From contig JAZRLB010000004.1 in assembly GCA_045646625.1 (NCBI GenBank), positions 2,323 to 66,322 of the forward strand: a stretch of DNA of 64,000 nucleotides, written 5' to 3'. The notes under the pieces are model-generated. The model searched no databases and was not told the DNA's origin. It saw nothing but the letters and a program-made list of their open reading frames with translations. How positions within the stretch are numbered: position 1 is the stretch's first letter; every line of letters begins with the position of its first letter. The DNA is from Candidatus Enterousia sp. (lineage in GTDB: Bacteria > Pseudomonadota > Alphaproteobacteria > Rs-D84). Both the position numbers and the translations under genes were made by a program. Of the stretch, positions 20,803 to 30,628 are shown piece by piece.

Positions 20803-22482
20803 ATGGAGTTAAATGGTATTTATAAATATTTGCGAACCTCGGCGGCCCTTTTAGATAAGACGCTGGTCAAGATTGTGCATAAAAATTGTGTCCAGCTTTA
20901 TAAGACAGCGCTGAACAACAAAGATGAAACCATTGCGAATAACCTGGACGCAATGTACTACAGCGAATTATATGCGGCGGCCCGTAGTTCCGAGCCGGAA
21001 ATTATGCAACCATTAATGCAACGGCGCGCATATGAAATATATTCCAAACTGAAACAAAACAATGAATTTAATCAGATTGAAAAACTGATAAAAAGATATC
21101 CATACCAACTGCTTGTTGGGGCACAACGGGCACGAGATACCGCATGTGCAAAGTTAATATTAGATTTTTATGCATACGAAACGTATAAGACGGCACGGGA
21201 CACAGAAAACTATACGACTATGTCAAACGCCGCCGCACAGGCACACACACAGATTTATGTTACGGCCTTGGCAAAGAACGACCAGGATATATTGGAAAGC
21301 ATTTTATCGGGATATGCATATGACATTTATAAACAGCTAATTAGCACAAATAATGAAGAAGCGCTGAAATATCTGGAAGACAATTATGCTGTTGATATAT
21401 TTAATATAGCCAATCGACGTCTGGATTCCAAGACTGTGAATCTACTGGTATCAAAAAAGACTTATCAAATATTTATTAATTTAATGAATACAGATAATCT
21501 GATGGCTGGACGAATTGCGCGCGAATACCATACAAAACTGTATCTGGATGCAAAAACAATAGGGAATTGCGCGGCAATACAAACCGTTATAGACCTGCAC
21601 GCGTATGCTATTTATTCAGATTTGACAAAAATTGGCAATAAAACGGTTGCCAACGAATTTAAAGAACAATATTTTATACAAATATATGAAACAGCCGTTG
21701 CCAATGGCGCAATCAATATTCGTGATGATATGTTAAGTGCATACGGATATAAAATATATTTATACCTGGTGAGCAAAGCTGGCACAGACGCAAATATTGT
21801 CCTGGGGCACTGTTCGTCGGAATTTTGGGGACAGGTGTATCTGGATGCAAAAAAGGCAAGGAATACAAAGATAATTGGTACGTTAAGCCGTGCGCACGCC
21901 TATGATATTTTTATGGGACTAAGGGCCCTGGGGCAACCGGACTCGGCAGATGATTTCAGAAAAAAATATTTTATACTGATATATCTGTGGGCAATCGAAC
22001 GCAGGGACAAATCAATCCAACACGAAATGCTGAGCCTGTATCCATATCAGATTTATTCGTTTGCAATCAAAGAAAAATTAGAGTCTGTTGCAAGAATTAT
22101 AGAACAGGCCGCAGGACCACTGTGTTATGACATATATAAATCTGCGATAAAAGCCAACGACCAGGCGGCTATAAAGCAAATCACCAGATATAAGAACGAA
22201 ATTGAAAAAGCGGCTTTGTCGCACGGCGACGTGGATATTTTGCGCACAATAAGAACACGATTCCAGTCAAGTCTGAATATTGCGGCCATCGGTAAAGAAT
22301 CGCGTGCAATGCGCGACGCCGAGCCTGCGGCCCCAAAACAGGACGAAGAAACTGTTGTTCCAAAGGATTTGGATGATTATATTGGATGGATAAGTAAGCC
22401 AGACCCAAGGTATACAATGGAGAAGATACCCGGCCAAAAAGGCGCTCAAAACTACCCCGATCATCATGATAACTGGGATTAA
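20803..22482 (+). CDS. hypothetical protein built of about 14 tandem 18-residue aromatic repeats (Y[AGP]Y.IY..L / [YF]..IY..A)
   Basis: Recurrent YAYDIY, YAYETY, HAYAIY, YGYKIY, YPYQIY, CYDIY motifs at about 18-aa spacing; no signal peptide. Confidence 0.6.
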   Translation: MELNGIYKYLRTSAALLDKTLVKIVHKNCVQLYKTALNNKDETIANNLDAMYYSELYAAARSSEPEIMQPLMQRRAYEIYSKLKQNNEFNQIEKLIKRYPYQLLVGAQRARDTACAKLILDFYAYETYKTARDTENYTTMSNAAAQAHTQIYVTALAKNDQDILESILSGYAYDIYKQLISTNNEEALKYLEDNYAVDIFNIANRRLDSKTVNLLVSKKTYQIFINLMNTDNLMAGRIAREYHTKLYLDAKTIGNCAAIQTVIDLHAYAIYSDLTKIGNKTVANEFKEQYFIQIYETAVANGAINIRDDMLSAYGYKIYLYLVSKAGTDANIVLGHCSSEFWGQVYLDAKKARNTKIIGTLSRAHAYDIFMGLRALGQPDSADDFRKKYFILIYLWAIERRDKSIQHEMLSLYPYQIYSFAIKEKLESVARIIEQAAGPLCYDIYKSAIKANDQAAIKQITRYKNEIEKAALSHGDVDILRTIRTRFQSSLNIAAIGKESRAMRDAEPAAPKQDEETVVPKDLDDYIGWISKPDPRYTMEKIPGQKGAQNYPDHHDNWD

Positions 22483-22501
22483 TTAGCGGAGGATAGATAA
22501 T

Positions 22502-23830
22502 ATGTCGGAATTCGTAGCAGGTATAGATTTTGGAACCAGTAATTCAACCGTCACCATCGTCGGGCCAGATGGCGTGCCACAGATGATTATGCTGGAACCG
22601 GACAGTTTTACCATGCCGTCGGTAATGTTCTTTGAAACAGACAAACAAACAGATGAAATAACCGCATATTTTGGTACGGCGGCTGAACAGATGAATGCAA
22701 AATATCCGACCGACGGCCGAATGATGCGCGCCATAAAAAGTATTCTGGGAACAGATTTGACACAACAAAACGCCACAATTGGGTTCAAGAAAAAGCCTTA
22801 TCTGGAAATTATTCGTGACTTTTTGTTTGAAATAAAACTGGCTGCGGATATCAAGGCGGGCGAAAATATTGATTCTGTGGTTTTGGGGCGCCCCGTGCAT
22901 TTTACAAAAACACCCAGCGCGGAATCAGATAAACTGGCCGAAGATGCGCTTAGGCTAATTGCAGAAAACCTGGGATTTAAAAATATCGCGTTCCAATATG
23001 AACCTATCGCGGCTGCGTTCGCACACGAACAAAAACTGAAAATTGGCGAAGAAAAATTAACGGTTATTATCGACATTGGCGGTGGTACGTCGGATATTTC
23101 AATAGTAAGATTGTCAGGTGACCGAAAAAATATGCTTGACCGCAGCAAAGATATACTGTCGAATTCAGGCGTCAGGATTGGGGGACGTGATTTTGACAAA
23201 GCGCTGTCCAAGGGGGCGTTTATGCCGCACTTTGGTCAAGGAGGACAATCCCAAAAGCCTGAAAAAAAATTCTTGCGAAATAAAAAAATACTGTCACCTA
23301 TTCCTGTTGAACCCTTTGATAACCTGTCCACCACACACAATATTGTGAAATTGTACGACGGAAAAACACTGAGGTTGATTGATGCCCTGATACCGCATGA
23401 GTGCGAACCAAAACGATTACATCGTATGCGCGAGGTTATTGTTAGACAATTAGGACATACACATTTGGCCTATGTCGAGAAATCTAAGATACAATTAAGC
23501 GATAAAAAAAGCATCACTATGAAGTTAGACTATCTGACCGATAAGCCCAAAGTGACAATTAAGCGCGATGAATTTGAAGGATTTATTGAAAAAGATATAA
23601 AATCAATTAAAACTAAAATAAACGAAGCCCTCAAAAATGCAGGGGTGACATCTGCTGATATCGAACTGGTGGTGCTGACAGGCGGCTCAAGCCAAATCCC
23701 GTGTGTAATTGATACCACACGCAAAATGTTCCCCAACGCCGAAATGTCATCAAGCAATGTGATGACGTCCGTAGGGCTGGGGTTGGCATATGATGCAAAA
23801 CGACGCAAAAACCAGAACAATTGGCAGTAA
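22502..23830 (+). CDS. yegD: Hsp70-family actin-like ATPase, YegD-like (no substrate-binding domain)
   Basis: IDFGTSNS phosphate-1, AFQYEPIAAA, VIIDIGGGTSDISIV phosphate-2, LTGGSSQIP adenosine motif; 442 aa. Confidence 0.75.
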   Translation: MSEFVAGIDFGTSNSTVTIVGPDGVPQMIMLEPDSFTMPSVMFFETDKQTDEITAYFGTAAEQMNAKYPTDGRMMRAIKSILGTDLTQQNATIGFKKKPYLEIIRDFLFEIKLAADIKAGENIDSVVLGRPVHFTKTPSAESDKLAEDALRLIAENLGFKNIAFQYEPIAAAFAHEQKLKIGEEKLTVIIDIGGGTSDISIVRLSGDRKNMLDRSKDILSNSGVRIGGRDFDKALSKGAFMPHFGQGGQSQKPEKKFLRNKKILSPIPVEPFDNLSTTHNIVKLYDGKTLRLIDALIPHECEPKRLHRMREVIVRQLGHTHLAYVEKSKIQLSDKKSITMKLDYLTDKPKVTIKRDEFEGFIEKDIKSIKTKINEALKNAGVTSADIELVVLTGGSSQIPCVIDTTRKMFPNAEMSSSNVMTSVGLGLAYDAKRRKNQNNWQ

Positions 23831-23893
23831 AATTTTGGGTGTTGCTTTTTTTTATAATATTGTTATCCTATTACCACTGTACAAAGGATTTAT

Positions 23894-24916
23894 ATGTCAG
23901 TTAAGGCAAAACGCCTGATTAAGAAAATTATCAGTTATTCAGGCATATTCTTTTTCACGTTGGCCGCGGTTATGTTGTGGTGGCAATTGCGTAATTACAG
24001 TTTATCAGATATCGCACACGCGATTCTGGACATCCCACTTCTTAATTTGACGATGGCCTGTGCGGCCTGCCTTGCTGGGTATCTGGCGCTGTCACTGTAT
24101 GATTATTTGGCGCTGAACTATGTTGGCGGCAAGGTGACGTGGTGGAAGTGGATGCTGGCGGGGATGCTGGGGTTTGCAATCAGCAATAACGCAGGTCACG
24201 CTGTTGTTAGCGGGGGCGCAATTCGATATCGACTGTATACGCGCTGGCGTATTCGTGGGGGCGATATTGTAAAAATGCTGACGATATCAGGTTTTACATA
24301 CTTCCTGGGGGCGGCGGCCATTGTGATAATCAGCTATTTTATGGTGCCGCACAGTATGTTCCAGAACTCTATCGGGGCCAGCGTCGGAATTAACGCGCTG
24401 TTTATGTTCTGTTTGGTGACACTGTTGCTGTATTTTTCTGTTGCAACCTTCTTTCACAAGAAAAGTATTAAAATTGGTGAAATAAAATTTCAAATCCCAT
24501 CCGTTAAAATGGCATTTACGCAGACAATTTTGGGAATCACAGACAGTGTGCTGGCTGGATTGGTGCTGTACTGCTGTTTAACACCCTTTGTGGAAATTCC
24601 GTTTGTCGTGTTTATGGGCCTGTTTGCAATCGCACAATCAACGGGTGTTTTCAGCCAGGTTCCAGGTGGAATCGGCGTTTTTGAAACAGTATTTTTGGTC
24701 GCCCTGCCCGACACTGTTGACAAGGCAAATATTTTTGGCGCACTGTTAGCATATCGTATAATTTATTATGTGCTGCCGCTGATTGGTATGGGCGGGTTAT
24801 TTTTCGTTTATGAAAGATGGCTGCGGTCGCGTATGAAAAGATGGCTGAACGAAGCCAAAGAAAAAATCCCAGCCAAAATCAAAAGCATAAAATCTGAGAT
24901 AAAAATCAGAAAATAA
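23894..24916 (+). CDS. UPF0104 / lysyl-phosphatidylglycerol-synthase-TM-like (flippase-like) membrane protein
   Basis: 8 predicted TM helices; conserved GGAIRYRLY motif of the MprF flippase-like domain. Confidence 0.6.
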   Translation: MSVKAKRLIKKIISYSGIFFFTLAAVMLWWQLRNYSLSDIAHAILDIPLLNLTMACAACLAGYLALSLYDYLALNYVGGKVTWWKWMLAGMLGFAISNNAGHAVVSGGAIRYRLYTRWRIRGGDIVKMLTISGFTYFLGAAAIVIISYFMVPHSMFQNSIGASVGINALFMFCLVTLLLYFSVATFFHKKSIKIGEIKFQIPSVKMAFTQTILGITDSVLAGLVLYCCLTPFVEIPFVVFMGLFAIAQSTGVFSQVPGGIGVFETVFLVALPDTVDKANIFGALLAYRIIYYVLPLIGMGGLFFVYERWLRSRMKRWLNEAKEKIPAKIKSIKSEIKIRK

Positions 24917-25121
24917 ATACCTTGATAACCCTGTATGGCCGTGCTAAAATGATGTTTGTGTATGACATGGGGTTATAAGTAAGTGTTTGTATTATCACTG
25001 TTTTCAACAATTCGAATGGTGCTGATGGTTATCGTGGCACAATCCCTTGGCATGGGCTTGGACGCCCCACAGGGACGGATTGTCGCCATCGCATACAACG
25101 CCAAAACAAAAGGATTACAAA

Positions 25122-26915
25122 ATGTCAAAAAAAATATATGTGGATGCAGTCCACCCGGAGGAAACACGTGTTGTTGTAGTTGATACCGCAACAAATCGCG
25201 TTTCAGACTTTGACGTTGAAACAACAACAAAACCACAAATCAAAGGCAACATATATCTGGCCAAGGTTATTCGTGTTGAACCGTCTTTGCAGGCTGCATT
25301 CGTAGATTATGGAACAGGCAAAAATGGATTTTTGCCATTCTCGGAAATCCATCCGGATTACTATCAGGTGACAGCAGAACAGAAAAAGAAACTGCTGGAA
25401 TTGGCGCACGCCAATATCGTTGACGATGACGACGATCCAAATGACGAAGAGGATGAAGTCGCAGAATACGACGATCACAGCGCAGGCGAAGACAATAAAG
25501 AATTTGCAAAACGTGCACGTGAATTCAAAATTCAGGACGTAATTAAACCTAAACAAATCCTGTTGGTTCAGGGCGTCAAGGAAGAACGTGGGCAAAAAGG
25601 TGCCTCTATGACAACATACTTGTCATTGGCGGGTCGTTTTGCGGTACTAATGCCAAATTCACGCAAACGCAACAGTTATGGTATTTCCAAGAAAATTTCA
25701 GACAAATCAGAACGCGCACGTCTGCGCGAAGTTCTGCACGGGCTGAAAATTCCAAAGGGTATGACCGTTGTTCTGCGCACAGCAGCAATGGGGGCAACAC
25801 CTGCGGAAATTGCAGCAGACTATGATTATCTGGTTAATTTGTGGAATGAAATTCGCAAGACTACATTGGCATCAGTTGCACCGGTCACAATTCATACAGA
25901 AGATTCTTTGTTGCGTCGCGTAGTTCGTGATTTCCTGAGTGATAAAGAAGACGTCTTGATTATTCAGGGCGAAGAAGCATTCGATGCCGCAAAACAATAT
26001 TTTGTTCAAATGTATGGTAAGGCACCACGCAAACAGTTGGTGCACTATAAAGACGCAGGCGTGCCACTGATGGTCAAAGCGGGCGTTGAAAAACAACTAG
26101 AAGGTTTGCACGGACCATATGTCACATTGCCATCTGGGGGGTCTTTGGTTATAAACCAGACCGAAGCAATGGTGACAATTGACGTGAACTCTTCACGCGC
26201 AATCAAGGAAAAAGATATCGAACAGACCGCGCTGAATACCAATTTAGAAGCAGCCGAGGAAATTGCACTGCAATTGCGTTTACGCGACCTGGCAGGTATT
26301 GTCGCGATTGACTTTATCGATATGGAAGAAGAAAAAAACAACCGCAAGCTGGAAATGAAAATGCGCGAAGTGATGAAACGCGACCGCGCCCGTACCCAAG
26401 TTGCAAAAATTAATAACTTTGGCGTATTGATGCTGTCACGTCAGCGTCTGCGCAGCAGTTTTATGGAATCATCATATGTGGCGTGCCCACACTGTGTGGG
26501 TGCGGGTGTTGTGCCTTCTATTCAGACGGCGGCAATTATCTTGTTCCGTCATTTGCAGGAAAAATTGTTGGCCAAGGCGGCACAGAAAATTATTATGACC
26601 GTACCAACAGATGTCGCAATCTATCTGTTAAATCATAAACGCGCAGAGCTGGCTGAAATGGAAGCGAAGTTCGAAACAGAAATTGTGATTGTTGGTGATG
26701 ACAGCCTGATGAATATAGATCAATATTCTATTCAACGTGTCGCGCCAGAACAGAACAAGACCGAAGAACTGTTGGGGGCATATGCACCGTCAACAGATGC
26801 GAAGCGAAAAAATGCCCAACATATTGATGCAAAAAAGACAACAATTAATGCACAACGTCGCAAACGTAAAAAACAGCAAAAAAAGAAGTCTTTTTGGCAG
26901 AAGTTGGTCAGTTAG
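25122..26915 (+). CDS. ribonuclease E/G family endoribonuclease (compact, acidic insertion, basic C-tail)
   Basis: S1 domain NIYLAKVIRVEPSLQAAFVDYG; DNase-I-like/Zn-link motifs incl. CPHCVGAGV; start at MSKKIYVD (ATG 25122). Confidence 0.85.
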   Translation: MSKKIYVDAVHPEETRVVVVDTATNRVSDFDVETTTKPQIKGNIYLAKVIRVEPSLQAAFVDYGTGKNGFLPFSEIHPDYYQVTAEQKKKLLELAHANIVDDDDDPNDEEDEVAEYDDHSAGEDNKEFAKRAREFKIQDVIKPKQILLVQGVKEERGQKGASMTTYLSLAGRFAVLMPNSRKRNSYGISKKISDKSERARLREVLHGLKIPKGMTVVLRTAAMGATPAEIAADYDYLVNLWNEIRKTTLASVAPVTIHTEDSLLRRVVRDFLSDKEDVLIIQGEEAFDAAKQYFVQMYGKAPRKQLVHYKDAGVPLMVKAGVEKQLEGLHGPYVTLPSGGSLVINQTEAMVTIDVNSSRAIKEKDIEQTALNTNLEAAEEIALQLRLRDLAGIVAIDFIDMEEEKNNRKLEMKMREVMKRDRARTQVAKINNFGVLMLSRQRLRSSFMESSYVACPHCVGAGVVPSIQTAAIILFRHLQEKLLAKAAQKIIMTVPTDVAIYLLNHKRAELAEMEAKFETEIVIVGDDSLMNIDQYSIQRVAPEQNKTEELLGAYAPSTDAKRKNAQHIDAKKTTINAQRRKRKKQQKKKSFWQKLVS

Positions 26916-26944
26916 AAAAAATCCCGCAAACGCGGGATTTTTTT
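26916..26944. terminator. bidirectional intrinsic terminator between rne-like gene and priA
   Basis: aaaaaatcccgcaaacgcgggatttttttt. Confidence 0.7.
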
Positions 26945-29141
26945 ACATAAAATTAATCGGGTTTACATCGATTTTTACACGTATGTTGACAGGTTGCTTT
27001 ACCTTAGCTAGCCAATGCGACACCGCCGGTTGTAATGCGGCGTTCTGACCGCCCACCACCAAAAATCGCATACGATACCAATTACGTATCTGGTATATCT
27101 GGGCTGCAATCGGCCCCATTATTTTTGCGCCTTTCAAAACAGGGGCCGCCGCCGCCAAGTCCGCACAATATTTCTGTAATACAGATTCGCGTTCACCTTC
27201 GACAATAACCGCAATTAACTGGCCATAAGGGGGCATATGGGCCGCCCGGCGCCCCGCCATATCAGACGCCATAAAATCATCACGAGCCCCCGCACATATA
27301 GCCGTTAAGACTGGGTGGTCAGGCTGGTACGTTTGCATTAAAACACGCCCAGGGTTCATGCCGCGACCCGCCCGACCTGCAACCTGGAACAATTGTTGAA
27401 AAGTATGTTCTGCGGCGCGGAAATCTGTACCAAACAACCCCATATCAGCATCAACCACACCAACCAATGTCAGATTTGGAAAATGATGACCCTTGGCCAA
27501 TATTTGTGTACCGATAACAACGTCAATTTCGCCGTCTTCCATTTTGCGAACCAGCCGCTCCAGTGCCTGGCGCGACGAGATTATGTCACTGGACACCAAT
27601 GCAGTTCGGGCGGACGGGAAACGGGCGATGACCTCATCCTGCACCTTTTCCAGACCAATACCGCGCATAGATACATCTGTACCACAATCGGGGCACGCCC
27701 CCGGCAATTGTGCAGTACGACCGCACATATGGCACAATAATTTTCCAAGACGCTTATGATAGGTCATACCGACACTGCAATCAGAACACGTCGCCGTCCA
27801 GCCGCACTTCTTGCATTGAATAATTGGTGCAAAACCACGACGATTTATAAACAACATAACCTGGTGGCCGGCTTTTAGGGTTTCAGATATCGCCCCACAC
27901 AATGGCGCAGATAAATATCCAACTTGTTCGGTTTCATTTACGCTGTAATTATCCGGGCGATTTTCACGCAAATCGATGGTCTTGATTTCAGGCAGCTGGG
28001 CCCCGCCAAATCGTGATGTCAGGCACAGACGTGAATATTTACCCGAATTTACATTTTCTAAGGTTTCTGCCGCAGGGGTTGCAGATGCCAAAACAACCGG
28101 AAAACCCGTAATTTTAGCACGCAATATCGCCATATCACGCGCGTGGTAATTGCCCATATCTTCTTGTTTATACGATGGATCGTGCTCTTCGTCTATAACA
28201 ATTAACCCCAAATCCTGCCACGGCAAGAACAGCGCACTGCGTGTACCAACAACCATTTTTATTTTCCCGGTCAATACACCATGCCATATTTCGCGACGAC
28301 GGGCGGTGGTTAAATTACTGTGCCAGACAACCGGGGGCGCGCCAAAACGCGTTTCAAAGCGTGTCATAAATTGAGCCGTTAATGCAATTTCGGGCATCAT
28401 CAGCAATACCGACCGACCTTGTTTATAGGCACGCCAAGCGGAATCAAAATAAACCTGGGTTTTTCCACTGCCTGTTATGCCGTCCAACAAGCACACAGAA
28501 AAACCACCTGATTCTATTTCCTGGCCAATTTTATCGGCGGCGGTTTGCTGTTCAGAATTCAGCACAACATCACCGGAATCACGATATTCATCGGGAACGA
28601 ATTGCCTTGTTTTTACCTGTTCCCCGACAGGAATTAAGGTCTTGCTTTTTATCATAGAACGAACAACGGCCGATGAAACACGCGCAATGTTTTGAATATC
28701 AGATACTGTCATTGGTTCATTGTCGTTGGATGAAAACGCATCCATTACCGCAATACGATTTGTGGTCATTCGGGCCGATGCATCAAAATTAAATGCATAA
28801 AGCGGTTCGGTTCGTGGCGGCGAAAATGCGTCAGAAATATTCACAATTAGGCGCAGCACAGTACCAAGCGGCATTAATGTCCAATCAGACATACGCCTGA
28901 GCCATTGCAGGTCTGTTATATTCAGCCGCGCATCGTGCACGGCGATGATGTCACGAATTTTTTCGGGTGGCAAACCACTGTCCCCGATGCCCCAGACAAC
29001 GCCAATGCACGGTCGGTTCATAACACAAACCGAGACAAATGTGCCAATGTCCGCAGGTGCAGTCAGACGATAGTCATAGCCACTGTTTGGAATATTGGAT
29101 ATTAAAACTTTTACAACGGTACCTGGATTAAACATATTCAT
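26943..29141 (-). CDS. priA: primosomal protein N' (replication restart helicase)
   Basis: Walker A GITGSGKTQVY, DEEHD, Cys-rich zinc-binding region CKKCGW..CSDCS..CHMCG..CPDCG. Confidence 0.9.
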   Translation of the reverse strand: MNMFNPGTVVKVLISNIPNSGYDYRLTAPADIGTFVSVCVMNRPCIGVVWGIGDSGLPPEKIRDIIAVHDARLNITDLQWLRRMSDWTLMPLGTVLRLIVNISDAFSPPRTEPLYAFNFDASARMTTNRIAVMDAFSSNDNEPMTVSDIQNIARVSSAVVRSMIKSKTLIPVGEQVKTRQFVPDEYRDSGDVVLNSEQQTAADKIGQEIESGGFSVCLLDGITGSGKTQVYFDSAWRAYKQGRSVLLMMPEIALTAQFMTRFETRFGAPPVVWHSNLTTARRREIWHGVLTGKIKMVVGTRSALFLPWQDLGLIVIDEEHDPSYKQEDMGNYHARDMAILRAKITGFPVVLASATPAAETLENVNSGKYSRLCLTSRFGGAQLPEIKTIDLRENRPDNYSVNETEQVGYLSAPLCGAISETLKAGHQVMLFINRRGFAPIIQCKKCGWTATCSDCSVGMTYHKRLGKLLCHMCGRTAQLPGACPDCGTDVSMRGIGLEKVQDEVIARFPSARTALVSSDIISSRQALERLVRKMEDGEIDVVIGTQILAKGHHFPNLTLVGVVDADMGLFGTDFRAAEHTFQQLFQVAGRAGRGMNPGRVLMQTYQPDHPVLTAICAGARDDFMASDMAGRRAAHMPPYGQLIAVIVEGERESVLQKYCADLAAAAPVLKGAKIMGPIAAQIYQIRNWYRMRFLVVGGQNAALQPAVSHWLAKVKQPVNIRVKIDVNPINFM

Positions 29142-29206
29142 AAAGTACTTGTTTTTTTCTTTTTTTTCAATACCATTTATGGCATCAAATTTTCAAAGGC
29201 ATTTTT

Positions 29207-29944
29207 ATGAATATATGGCGTTTTTATTTCGAAATTTGTGACTTTGTTATCGGTTTTATCCCGAACCGCAAGATGCGCGAAAAAATCAGATCTAAGGAAC
29301 TGTATGATTATCGCAAAAAGTTCAATGCACTGAAAAGCGCCCTGGGTCCTAAGGAATTCAAGCGGGTAAGAATTATTAAAGGGGGATGGAATATCGGGTT
29401 TATTATCGATAACAAATATGTGTGTAAAATTCGTAAGTATTATGACAAAGACATTCCAATCGAAAAGATAATACGTGAAAAACGTATCACTGATGCTTTT
29501 GGCCCAATTGTACCAATCAGAATACCAAAAATAGATATTATCGAAACGTGTGGATACACGTTCTATAGATATAACTTTATCCCAGGCAAGAATTTGAACC
29601 GGATGCCACTGCGAACTATTATCAAAAATGGCTGGCGTTGGGGTAAACAATTAGCTGAATTTATAGATGCGATGCATAACGCAAATCCAGCAGAAATTAA
29701 AGATCTGAAAAGTGGCAATGGTGATGGGTGGAACCATAACGACATCTGCAATAACATAATTGTGGATAAAAAAACGATGCAGATCGTAGGCATTATAGAC
29801 TGGGAATATTCTGGTTGGGGAACACTGGAAACAGAATTCCATAATTGTACTGCTTTTTCTAAGAAAATGCTTAACTCTGGAATCGGAACCGCTATTCAGT
29901 TGGAATATCACGTTATGCAAAAGAAGAAAGCAAAGAGAAATTAA
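29207..29944 (+). CDS. aminoglycoside-phosphotransferase / choline-kinase-like small kinase-fold protein
   Basis: Brenner motif GWNHNDICNNNII (HxDxxxxN) and IIDWEYSGWG (DFG-equivalent); AT-rich gene. Confidence 0.55.
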   Translation: MNIWRFYFEICDFVIGFIPNRKMREKIRSKELYDYRKKFNALKSALGPKEFKRVRIIKGGWNIGFIIDNKYVCKIRKYYDKDIPIEKIIREKRITDAFGPIVPIRIPKIDIIETCGYTFYRYNFIPGKNLNRMPLRTIIKNGWRWGKQLAEFIDAMHNANPAEIKDLKSGNGDGWNHNDICNNIIVDKKTMQIVGIIDWEYSGWGTLETEFHNCTAFSKKMLNSGIGTAIQLEYHVMQKKKAKRN

Positions 29945-30025
29945 ATAAACCGCCCCTTTTTAGGTTGACAAATCTGTTCTTTACACTATCTTGTAAAAGA
30001 AACAAATATTACTAAGGGGTTTAAT

Positions 30026-30595
30026 ATGCAAAAAAATTTTCAAAAAGGTCAAAAGGGGAAAACTGCCGCAGATAGGGCGATGGATGAATTTGTATCGTGG
30101 ATGGCAGACGAAATGTACAAGCAGTATGGTCTTGGGACACGTGCAAACAATGTTGACGGATTGGAAGAAAAAAAACTGGCGTGGCGCTCGTTACAAAAAT
30201 GGACCAAAGAAAAGGAAGCCTTCGTCATTAGCCATGCAAAAATGTTCATACGACTGTTAGATCCAAAAGATTCTAATTCTACAAATTTGGTATTTATTAA
30301 AGCGCTGACAAATCGTATGGCACAGTATCTGTCTTTGTTCCTGGAACAGGGACCAAATCGCGCCAGGAACCAAACCCAACAGATGTTGAAAAAAATATTG
30401 TTTGTTGATAATGAATATATACGCGGTCTGGAATTGCACCAAAAAGACAAGCGTGCTATGGCGCAATCACGCACACCGCAAGCAGTTGCAGCCAGACGCA
30501 AACGCGAACGTATTGACGCAAAAAATGAAAAACGCAAGCTGGAAAATCAAATTCGTGTACTGTTTATGGAAGTTGCGACATACAGAAAACGATAA
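30026..30595 (+). CDS. hypothetical protein (basic C-terminus)
   Basis: 189-aa ORF with downstream shared terminator; no family recognised. Confidence 0.45.
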   Translation: MQKNFQKGQKGKTAADRAMDEFVSWMADEMYKQYGLGTRANNVDGLEEKKLAWRSLQKWTKEKEAFVISHAKMFIRLLDPKDSNSTNLVFIKALTNRMAQYLSLFLEQGPNRARNQTQQMLKKILFVDNEYIRGLELHQKDKRAMAQSRTPQAVAARRKRERIDAKNEKRKLENQIRVLFMEVATYRKR

Positions 30596-30628
30596 AAAAT
30601 CCCCCAGATGGGGGATTTTTATTTTTGG
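30595..30628. terminator. bidirectional intrinsic terminator
   Basis: aaaaaatcccccagatgggggattttt. Confidence 0.7.
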
